Origin: Methylophilaceae bacterium
GTDB taxonomy: Bacteria; Pseudomonadota; Gammaproteobacteria; Burkholderiales; Methylophilaceae
Length of the DNA stretch: 64,000 nt
Assembly: GCA_051252095.1 (NCBI GenBank)
Contig: JBPOFK010000001.1
Coordinates: 23,922 to 87,921, forward strand
Reading direction: 5' to 3'
The first letter of the stretch is position 1. Each line of letters starts with the position of its first letter. Of this stretch, positions 50,077 through 58,098 are shown in pieces. Made by a program: the position numbers and the translations under genes. The notes under the pieces were generated by a model, which saw only the letters and a list, made by a program, of their open reading frames with translations, had not been told where the DNA came from and ran no database searches.

Positions 50077-50616
50077 ATGCTACATTTTTATAAAGCTGAA
50101 CCAGTCGACGCAGCATCTGTTGCAGATTTAATCAACATTTGCTTTCGAGGGGAAACAAGTCGAAAAGGCTGGACAACAGAAGCTGATATTTTAGAAGGTG
50201 TGCGTACTACAAGTAGTGAGGTTGCGAATATCATTAGGCGTAATGATGCCTTTGTCTTGATTGGCGTGTTAAATGATGAAATTGTCGCAGCAGCTTGCTG
50301 TGAACGGCAAGTGATTGCAGGCAAACAGACCGCGCATTTTGGCAAAATATCGGTCAAACCAACACTGCAAAATAAAGGTCATGGTAAGGATCTTATTTAT
50401 GCTGCTGAAGCGATGACTACTCGCGAGTGGCGCGTCCTCGGTTTCCATATGTCAGTGATCTCATTGCGGCATGAACTCATCGAATTTTATGAACGGCTTG
50501 GTTATGAACGAACAGGAGAGTTTGCTGCATTCCCAGAAAATCCAGATTTGTGGCAACCGAAAGTTGAAGGTTTAAGTTTGCAATATTTGGTAAAGCTAAT
50601 CAACCCACTCCCATAA
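50077..50616 (+). CDS. GNAT family N-acetyltransferase
   Basis: 179 aa. The ATG directly abuts the symporter stop. Acetyl-CoA motif V.P..QNKGHGKDL. Confidence 0.8.
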   Translation: MLHFYKAEPVDAASVADLINICFRGETSRKGWTTEADILEGVRTTSSEVANIIRRNDAFVLIGVLNDEIVAAACCERQVIAGKQTAHFGKISVKPTLQNKGHGKDLIYAAEAMTTREWRVLGFHMSVISLRHELIEFYERLGYERTGEFAAFPENPDLWQPKVEGLSLQYLVKLINPLP

Positions 50617-50661
50617 ATGCTGCTTGACCATTGATACACATACGCGTAAAGTCATCAGCAT

Positions 50662-50748
50662 ATGAAAAACAACGCCACAATATTAGTAATGATTCCCGAA
50701 GCGGTCTGGCTGCGCGCCATCATCTGCTGCGGTTGTTGTTTGTCATAA
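50662..50748 (+). CDS. candidate 28-codon leader micro-ORF with cysteine-codon run (MKNNATILVMIPEAVWLRAIICCGCCLS)
   Basis: Own translation. The ATG lies 10 nt after a -10-like TAAAGT (promoter TTGACC-17-TAAAGT at 50624-50652) and has no SD. TGC TGC GGT TGT TGT occupies 50725-50739, and the stop lies 6 nt before a strong hairpin. Hypothetical. Confidence 0.3.
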   Translation: MKNNATILVMIPEAVWLRAIICCGCCLS

Positions 50749-50754
50749 CTTTTA

Positions 50755-50777
50755 CAACCGCGAGCTCTTCGCGGTTG
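50755..50777 (+). terminator. GC-rich hairpin (candidate attenuator terminator) in the EamA-gene leader
   Basis: CAACCGCGA-gctct-TCGCGGTTG has a 9-bp stem followed by ATTCTTAAATCCTTTCTTC. Its 3'-arm heptamer GCGGTTG is duplicated at 50729-50735. Confidence 0.45.
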
Positions 50778-50826
50778 ATTCTTAAATCCTTTCTTCATCG
50801 TTGAGCTCCATGTCTAGGGCTTTAGT

Positions 50827-51744
50827 ATGGAATCTTCAATACAAACAAAAAAAACGTTAGCAGGTATATTCATGGTACTTGTTGCCTCAATCGCATTCTC
50901 ATCAAAAGCGATAATGGTTAAACTCGCCTATGTATATCCCGTGAATGCAGCAACACTCATTGCCTTGCGCATGCTGTTTTCAATTCCGTTTTTTATGGCA
51001 CTTATCATCTGGATAAAGCACTCTAAAAAGACATTAAAGTTGACCTTGAACGATGTCGGCATCATGGTTTTTATCGGTGTGCTAACAGGTTATGGATCTA
51101 TGTGGCTCAACTTTGCAGGATTAAGCTATGTGACTGCTGGATTGGAGCGGGTGATTTTGTTTTTGTATCCGACCATTGTGATTTTACTCAATACCATGTT
51201 GCATAAGCATCAAATTACAAAGCATGAAATTGTGGCATTAGTGCTGAGTTACGCGGGCGTTTTCTTAGTTGTTGGACACGATTTGGCAATGCCAACAACT
51301 GCTGTGGCGAATACATTATTGGGCGCTGGTTTGGTATTGGGTAGCGCCATCACTTATGCTTTTTATTTGGTATTGAGTGGCAGAATCATTCCTAGGATAG
51401 GCGCAACGTTGTTTACAGCCTATATCATGACGATTATCAGTATTGCCAGTGGCGTACATTTTTTGTTGACTGAAAATTTTACGCTAGCGATGCATTTGCC
51501 TATGCAAGTCTATGGGATTAGTTTTATGATTGCGTTGATTGCAACGGTATTACCTTCAATAATGTTAAATATGGGCATTCAACGTTTAGGGAGTAATAAG
51601 GTGTCATTGGTCAGTTCTGTTGGTCCAGTGTCGACTATCTTTCTGGCTTGGTTGATTTTAGGTGAGCCTGTTACTTTGCTACAAGTTGGAGGAACTGCCT
51701 TGGTTTTATTAGGGGTGCTAACGATTAGTTTGGCAGATCATTAA
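50827..51744 (+). CDS. EamA/DMT-family transporter
   Basis: 305 aa. 10 TM helices arranged as two EamA repeats. Confidence 0.85.
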   Translation: MESSIQTKKTLAGIFMVLVASIAFSSKAIMVKLAYVYPVNAATLIALRMLFSIPFFMALIIWIKHSKKTLKLTLNDVGIMVFIGVLTGYGSMWLNFAGLSYVTAGLERVILFLYPTIVILLNTMLHKHQITKHEIVALVLSYAGVFLVVGHDLAMPTTAVANTLLGAGLVLGSAITYAFYLVLSGRIIPRIGATLFTAYIMTIISIASGVHFLLTENFTLAMHLPMQVYGISFMIALIATVLPSIMLNMGIQRLGSNKVSLVSSVGPVSTIFLAWLILGEPVTLLQVGGTALVLLGVLTISLADH

Positions 51745-51752
51745 GTCACAGC

Positions 51753-51784
51753 GGCTGAAGCGAATGCGCTTTGGCCGTTTTTTA
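51753..51784 (+). terminator. rho-independent terminator after the EamA gene
   Basis: GGCTGAAGCG-aatg-CGCTTTGGCC (10 bp including 2 G-U) followed by GTTTTTTATT. Confidence 0.75.
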
Positions 51785-51798
51785 TTGAACTGCCATAC

Positions 51799-54700
51799 TT
51801 ATTGATGCTGTGTATAGCTAGTTTTTGTTCTATATGTGTTTAACCTTTCTAAGCCATTCATCAGTAATGAATAGGCCGCAGGCACAACAACGAGCGTCAG
51901 CAGTGTGGATGAAACCATCCCCCCTATAATCGCAACTGATAATGGCTTATTGGTTTCACTGCCCGCACCTAGGCCCATTGCAGCAGGAGTGAGAGCTAAA
52001 ATAATGGTGAGTGATGTCATCAGCACAGGGCGTAATCTGACAGGGCATGCCTCACTTAGGGCTTCATGAATGCTTGCTCCTTGATTACGTAATTGATTGG
52101 TTAAGTCAATCAACAAAATGGAGTTTTTAGCGACTAAGCCAATGAGTAATACCAGACCAATCATAGAGTAAATATTTAACGTTTGTCCTGTTAGCCAAAG
52201 GGCGACTAGGCCGCCAATAATAGCCAATGGTTGTGCCAGCATGATGACAAAGGGCTGTGTAAATGAGTTGAATTGGCTAGCAAGGACCATGTAAAGCAGA
52301 ATAAATGCAAGGGTAAATACAAATGCCATATTTTTAATGGTTTTTTGCATTTCCTCTGCCTGACCAGAAAAGCTAAGCGTAAATTCAGGTGGTACGATTT
52401 TGGCGGCTGTTGCAGTGACAATCGCAGAGGCTTCACTTAAAGCAACAGAAGGATTAGCATAAAAGTTAACGGCATACTGCAAGTCATAGCGACTGATAAC
52501 GGCTGGGCCTAAGGTTGACGTAAAGCTGGCAACCGCATCGAGCCGCACGAGTTCACCTTGGTTATTACGCAAGTAAATTTTACTTAAATCACTCGCTTGC
52601 TGTATGGCGAGGTCATCTGCTTTAATGCGAATATCATAGCGTTGACCATCTCCAAGCTTATCATTATAAGAGGCAACGTTTGTGCCGCCTGCAAACATGC
52701 TTATGGCGGAGGCAATGTCTTTTGCAGTAAGTCCTAGGTTGGCTGCTCGCGTGCGATCAATGTCGATTTCAAGTTCTGGTAGATTGAGTTGTACATCGAC
52801 ATCTACCTTACCGATTTCTGAATTAGCACTTAGCCTCTCTTGTAATAATTGCGCAATATTGCCTATTTCTTGCAGATTATTTCCAGTAAGTATGAACTGT
52901 AGTTTTTCAGAGCGTTGACCACGCGCAATAGAAGGCGGTGACACAGTAGCACGCACTCCTGGAATTTGGTCTAAATCCTCTTTAATCAGCTTCATTAAGT
53001 CTTGTTGGCTAATGTTTCGTTCTTCCTTTGGTTTTAACCTTACATTCACACTAGCTTCATTTACTTGTCCACGTGATCCTGTACCAATTGAAGCATAATA
53101 ACTATCGACAGCTTCAGGGTATTTTTTTAACACCGCTTCAATAAGCTGCAGACGTGAATCAGTATAGTCCAGACTGGCACCTAATGGCGTTTTGGCGGTG
53201 ATGCGAAAATAACTTTCATCAGAGTCTGGCACAAATTCTTTTTCAACATTCTTCATGCTCAACATGCCAGCTACTACGACAAAGATGGTCGTAAAAAGAA
53301 GAATAAATAAGCGGTGTGACAGTGTAAAAGCAAGAGTCTTTTTGTAGACATCATCGAGCTTACTAAGACTCTGTGCGATAGCTGTATATACTTTATTTTC
53401 CGTTTGTGTGACGCCTAAATAGCGTGAGCACAGCATCGGTGTCAGTGTTAGTGAAACAAACAAAGAGATGATGACGCCAAATGTGACCACAACGGCAAAG
53501 GATTTAAAAAACATACCGATCATGCCATCCATAAAAATCACTGGCGCAAAAATACAGACAAGTGCTGCAGATGAAGCAACGACGGCAAATACCACTTCAT
53601 TGCTGCCATTAATCGTGGCGAGATTACGGAACTTGTCAACAATGGTTGGATTTTTCAACTCCGCCTCTGTGAGCTTATTGCCGACTTCACCAGACATATG
53701 GCGCAAAATGCTCTCTCGTACCACAATGGCATCGTCGACCACTACCCCAATGAGTAATAATAATGCCAGCAAGGTCATACTATTAAAGGTGTAGCCTGCA
53801 AAATACATGACGGCAATAGCGCCTAACAATGAAACAGGGATTTCTAAGCAAATCATTAATGTTGAGCTAAGCGAACGCATAAAAATCAGCACAATGAGCG
53901 CCGCAAACAATGTGCCTTCAATTAAATGTTCTTTCAGCGAGGCAACAATTTGATTAATGAAAATAGAGTCATTTGTTGAGATATCCAGAAACATGCCTGG
54001 TGGTAAATTAGGACGAATTTCTTCGTCCAGTTTGCGGGTGACATCCTCAATAATTTTGACTGTATTAGTATTCGCAATTTTTACAATACCAATACTGACG
54101 GTAGGCTTGCCACTATAGCGTGCCACTTGCCGTTTGTCGGTAACACCATCTTCTATTGTTGCAATATCTTTTAAGTAAATTGGTACACCATTATTAACTT
54201 GGACAACCATATTTTCCAAATCAGTAAGCTGGTGAAACTCTAAATCAAGTTTGATGAGCTGTTCAGCGTTTTTTCCGACCAAAAAGCCACCAGGCAGTTG
54301 TATATGCTCACGACCAAAAGCGTCAATGAGATCATTAGCGCCTAATTGGTAAGCCGCCATGCGTTCACTAGAGACAATAATCCGAATGACTCTGTCACGT
54401 TTGCCACCAAAACGTACCTCACCGACACCATCAATCGTTTCAAATTTTTTCTTAATCACATTAGCTGCATACAGGTTAAGTTGTTGTATGGTTCGGTCGC
54501 CTGTTAATGCAATCCAAAGAATAGGTCTTTCGTCGGCATCCACCTTGCGAATAATTGGGGGGTCTGTGTCTGGAGGCAATCTTCGCAGCAGTTGACTGAT
54601 TTTGGCTTGTATTTCATTAAACGCAACATCAATATCTTTCTCAAGATTAAAAGTAATGCTGATAGAAGAGGCGCCTGGAGATGAGCTAGATTGAATATGC

Positions 54701-54933
54701 TCGATACCTGGTGTCGTGTTGACCGCAGATTCAATCACATTGGTCACACTGGTGTCGATAACATCAGAACTGGCTCCGCGCAAAGTTGTAGTGATATTAA
54801 TTACAGGGAAGTCGACAGATGGAATGCGGTCCACACCAATACGCTGATAAGCAATGAGCCCAAACAACATAATCACTGCTGACAGCATAAAGGTTAATAC
54901 ATGGCGTTTAATCGAAAATTCAGGAAGCGTCAT
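51799..54933 (-). CDS. RND efflux transporter permease (AcrB/HAE1-like)
   Basis: 1044 aa with 12-TM RND architecture. N-terminus MTLPEFSIKRHVLTFML and conserved ..VVDDAIVV... Confidence 0.93.
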   Translation of the reverse strand: MTLPEFSIKRHVLTFMLSAVIMLFGLIAYQRIGVDRIPSVDFPVINITTTLRGASSDVIDTSVTNVIESAVNTTPGIEHIQSSSSPGASSISITFNLEKDIDVAFNEIQAKISQLLRRLPPDTDPPIIRKVDADERPILWIALTGDRTIQQLNLYAANVIKKKFETIDGVGEVRFGGKRDRVIRIIVSSERMAAYQLGANDLIDAFGREHIQLPGGFLVGKNAEQLIKLDLEFHQLTDLENMVVQVNNGVPIYLKDIATIEDGVTDKRQVARYSGKPTVSIGIVKIANTNTVKIIEDVTRKLDEEIRPNLPPGMFLDISTNDSIFINQIVASLKEHLIEGTLFAALIVLIFMRSLSSTLMICLEIPVSLLGAIAVMYFAGYTFNSMTLLALLLLIGVVVDDAIVVRESILRHMSGEVGNKLTEAELKNPTIVDKFRNLATINGSNEVVFAVVASSAALVCIFAPVIFMDGMIGMFFKSFAVVVTFGVIISLFVSLTLTPMLCSRYLGVTQTENKVYTAIAQSLSKLDDVYKKTLAFTLSHRLFILLFTTIFVVVAGMLSMKNVEKEFVPDSDESYFRITAKTPLGASLDYTDSRLQLIEAVLKKYPEAVDSYYASIGTGSRGQVNEASVNVRLKPKEERNISQQDLMKLIKEDLDQIPGVRATVSPPSIARGQRSEKLQFILTGNNLQEIGNIAQLLQERLSANSEIGKVDVDVQLNLPELEIDIDRTRAANLGLTAKDIASAISMFAGGTNVASYNDKLGDGQRYDIRIKADDLAIQQASDLSKIYLRNNQGELVRLDAVASFTSTLGPAVISRYDLQYAVNFYANPSVALSEASAIVTATAAKIVPPEFTLSFSGQAEEMQKTIKNMAFVFTLAFILLYMVLASQFNSFTQPFVIMLAQPLAIIGGLVALWLTGQTLNIYSMIGLVLLIGLVAKNSILLIDLTNQLRNQGASIHEALSEACPVRLRPVLMTSLTIILALTPAAMGLGAGSETNKPLSVAIIGGMVSSTLLTLVVVPAAYSLLMNGLERLNTYRTKTSYTQHQ

Positions 54934-56008
54934 TTTTGGCTACTTCTACAAGGGCTTTGTCAGTTAAAAAACCAGCGCCGTCTACGACGACAATGTCGTT
55001 GTCTGTCAAGCCAGATTGGATTTCTATCAAGCCATTTTGACGAATGCCTGTTTTTACAATCACCTGATTAGCAATATTGTCGCGTAAAACATAAACAACT
55101 TCACCAGCTGGGCGTAGTACAAGGCTTTGTTCAGGAACCATGATTGTGGCTGGCTGTTCACCTAGTACAACGGTACCAGTCACAGTTGCGCCTGGCTGCC
55201 ACCCGTCGGCATTCGTCACATCTGCAATGACATCGATGGTACGGTTGCCTTCTGCAATTTGTGGTTTTAGCTCATTAATAGTTGATTCAACTGTTTTATC
55301 GCTAGTAGGCGTTTTAAGGTGCACAGTTAAGCCTGGCTTTAATTGAGGGCCAAATTTTTCAGGAAAAGGTAAATGCGCACGAAGTATTTGTCTGGAGACA
55401 ATTTGCACAATCGGATCTCCTACTCGCAAATAGTCCCCTGTATCAACGGTTTTGCTTTCAATCGTTCCACTAACAGGAGCATAGACTTTCGATTTACTGC
55501 TGTTATGGTTGATGCTGGAAACTTTGGCTTTGGCAGCCGCTAGCTGTTGTTTGTAGACATTTTGTTGCGCCACTTCATTATCAACAGCATTCTGCGAAAT
55601 AAAATTTTTATCTACTAATGTCTGATTGCGCGAAACAATTTTAGATTGATTTTCTAATAATGCTTGGATTCTAGCCACCTCTGCTTGCGCCTCATTACGC
55701 TGCATAATGTAGTCGGTAGCATCTAAAGTCGCAACCAGTTGACCTTTTTTAACGATGTCACCAATATTGACATGCACTGCAATGACACGTGCCGCCGTTT
55801 CAGCTGCGAGTGTTGGGTTAATCAAGCCTTCAAGAGAACCAACCGTAGTTTGCGTCACTTCTAAGGTTTGACTTTTAGCTTTGGTAACGGTTACTAGAGT
55901 TGCACGCGCATCTTTTTTGCCGTCCATGGCCTCATCACTGTTTTTGCCACATGCATTTAGTAATAAGGCAAGCAAAAGAGATGAAATGAAAATTGTTAAT
56001 TGACGCAT
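54920..56008 (-). CDS. RND efflux periplasmic adaptor (membrane fusion) lipoprotein
   Basis: 362 aa. Lipobox LLNAC, coiled-coil hairpin and beta-barrel regions. 14-nt overlap with the RND permease start. Confidence 0.9.
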   Translation of the reverse strand: MRQLTIFISSLLLALLLNACGKNSDEAMDGKKDARATLVTVTKAKSQTLEVTQTTVGSLEGLINPTLAAETAARVIAVHVNIGDIVKKGQLVATLDATDYIMQRNEAQAEVARIQALLENQSKIVSRNQTLVDKNFISQNAVDNEVAQQNVYKQQLAAAKAKVSSINHNSSKSKVYAPVSGTIESKTVDTGDYLRVGDPIVQIVSRQILRAHLPFPEKFGPQLKPGLTVHLKTPTSDKTVESTINELKPQIAEGNRTIDVIADVTNADGWQPGATVTGTVVLGEQPATIMVPEQSLVLRPAGEVVYVLRDNIANQVIVKTGIRQNGLIEIQSGLTDNDIVVVDGAGFLTDKALVEVAKNDAS

Positions 56009-56037
56009 AATGGGTTGTGTATTCTTTATTGTGAGCG

Positions 56038-56592
56038 CTAGCGTTCTTTAGTAATTTTTGACCAATCAAAAAAAGGCCCTGGATCGGTCTTACGGTCTGG
56101 GGCAATATCCGAGTGACCAACAATGTTGCAAATTGGATATTTTTCTTGCAAGGATTTTATCAATGAGTTAAGTGTTTTGTATTGTATTTCTGCAAATGCT
56201 TCAAAGTCGCTTCCTTCCAGCTCTATTCCGACCGAAAAATCATTACAACGTTCACGATTTTTCCATTTTGAAATGCCTGCATGCCATGCACGTTGTTTAC
56301 AAGAAACAAACTGGATCAGTTCTCCATCACGGCGAATTAAAAAATGCGATGAAACTTTTGCAGTATAGATACTTGCATAGTAAGGATGTTCATTGGGGTC
56401 TAGTTGATTAGTGAATAACTCGACAATGCCATTGCCACCATATTGCTGCGGCGGCAGGCTGATATTATGAATCACGACCATCTCAATAAAACAGTTTGCT
56501 GGTCTGTCATCGTAGTTTGGTGAGGCTATTTGTTTAGCCCAGCTAGCAATGCCATCAGCATTGATATGTTTTAAAGCCCCACTTTTTTTCAT
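56038..56592 (-). CDS. ampD: 1,6-anhydro-N-acetylmuramyl-L-alanine amidase
   Basis: 184 aa. Amidase_2 motifs ..VVIHNISLPP.., AWHAG.S.W, VGHSDIAP.RKTDPGP.FDW. Confidence 0.92.
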   Translation of the reverse strand: MKKSGALKHINADGIASWAKQIASPNYDDRPANCFIEMVVIHNISLPPQQYGGNGIVELFTNQLDPNEHPYYASIYTAKVSSHFLIRRDGELIQFVSCKQRAWHAGISKWKNRERCNDFSVGIELEGSDFEAFAEIQYKTLNSLIKSLQEKYPICNIVGHSDIAPDRKTDPGPFFDWSKITKER

Positions 56593-56704
56593 AACGTTGA
56601 TTTTATGTGATTTCTTGACTATAGCGGCATAAAGAATATTGAATCAATCATTTTTAGAAATGCTTGATAATACCCAATGAGGCTAAATTGACTATTGGCA
56701 ATAA

Positions 56705-58096
56705 TTAATCTTCTTCAAACGCTTCGCTATCGGCAACTTCATCTTTTGAGAGCCCCAACTTTGATAATCGGTATCGTAGCGTTCTAAAGCTGACACCCAG
56801 CAACTTGGCTGCTGCGGTTTTATTGTTATTGGTTTTTTCCAAAGCCTTCAATATTTCACGTTTTTCTATATCTTCTAAGTAATCAGATAGGCTAACATCC
56901 TCATCCTTAACAGGGTCAAACTGTGTGGCTGCTGAGCTGGTTCCATTGATGGCTTCATCGATTAATAAATCATCAACACAAATATTTTCTCCATCGCAGA
57001 GTGCTAGCGCACGTTCAAGCATGTTTTCCAATTCACGAACGTTGCCTATGAATGGCAGTGATTTAATTAGCTTATTGGCGTCATCATCAATGCTAGGTAT
57101 ATCAATATCTTGTGATTTACATAATTTATTTAGGAGTTTTTGGGTCAGTTCAGGAATATCCTCAGCGTGCTCTCGCAACGCTGGCATTTTAAGCTGGATG
57201 ACATTAAGACGATAATATAAGTCTTGCCTAAACAAGCCCTCAGCCATCATTTGCCCTAGGTTTTTATGTGTTGCACTGATAATACGAACGTCGACAGCTT
57301 CTTCCACTGTTCCGCCAACGGCCCTCACTTTTTTTTCTTGAATTGCGCGTAAAAGTTTAACTTGCATTGGTAATGGCAAGTCTGCCACTTCATCTAAAAA
57401 TAAAGTACCACCATTTGCTGCCTGAAATAATCCTGAGGTGTCTTGCGTTGCACCGGTAAAAGCGCCTTTTTTATAACCAAAAAATTCACTTTCCATCAGA
57501 TTTTCAGGAATGGCGCCGCAGTTAACTGCAACAAATGAACGATCTCTTCTTGAGCTGTTTTTATGAATGAGTCTTGCAGCCAATTCTTTGCCACTGCCTG
57601 ATTCGCCACTAATATATACAGGCGCTTGACTGCGAGCTAGTTTTTCAATCAATGCGCGCACTTGATTAATGGCAGGTGAATCACCAATCAAATCTGCCGT
57701 ATTTTTCGTTTCATTCACATCTGAGCTGGAGAGTTTAAGTGCTGATTCTACCAATGGCCTTAATTGTTTCAATGAAATTGGCTTCGTTAAATAGTCAAAT
57801 GCGCCTGCCTTTAGTGCAGATACAGCATTCTCTGCACTGCCATAAGCGGTAATGACCGCTACAGGAAGGCCGCTATAATCACTCGTGATATGTTCAACCA
57901 GCTCTAAGCCAAGACCATCCGGCAAGCGCATGTCGGTTAAACAAAGATCATAATCCTGTGTTGAAAGCATATGCTTTGCGTCATTGATGTTACTCGCGCT
58001 ATCTGCGTAAATATCCATACGCTCCAAAGTGAGTACAACTAACTCACGTATGTCGGTTTCATCATCAACGACTAAACATTTAAATTGTTCTGCCAT
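56705..58096 (-). CDS. pilR: sigma-54-dependent response regulator, PilR-like
   Basis: 463 aa. REC domain (LCLTDMRLPDG), canonical AAA+ (GESGSGKE, GAFTGA, LFLDEV), Fis-type HTH. Paired with a PilS-like kinase. Confidence 0.8.
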   Translation of the reverse strand: MAEQFKCLVVDDETDIRELVVLTLERMDIYADSASNINDAKHMLSTQDYDLCLTDMRLPDGLGLELVEHITSDYSGLPVAVITAYGSAENAVSALKAGAFDYLTKPISLKQLRPLVESALKLSSSDVNETKNTADLIGDSPAINQVRALIEKLARSQAPVYISGESGSGKELAARLIHKNSSRRDRSFVAVNCGAIPENLMESEFFGYKKGAFTGATQDTSGLFQAANGGTLFLDEVADLPLPMQVKLLRAIQEKKVRAVGGTVEEAVDVRIISATHKNLGQMMAEGLFRQDLYYRLNVIQLKMPALREHAEDIPELTQKLLNKLCKSQDIDIPSIDDDANKLIKSLPFIGNVRELENMLERALALCDGENICVDDLLIDEAINGTSSAATQFDPVKDEDVSLSDYLEDIEKREILKALEKTNNNKTAAAKLLGVSFRTLRYRLSKLGLSKDEVADSEAFEED

Positions 58097-58098
58097 TT

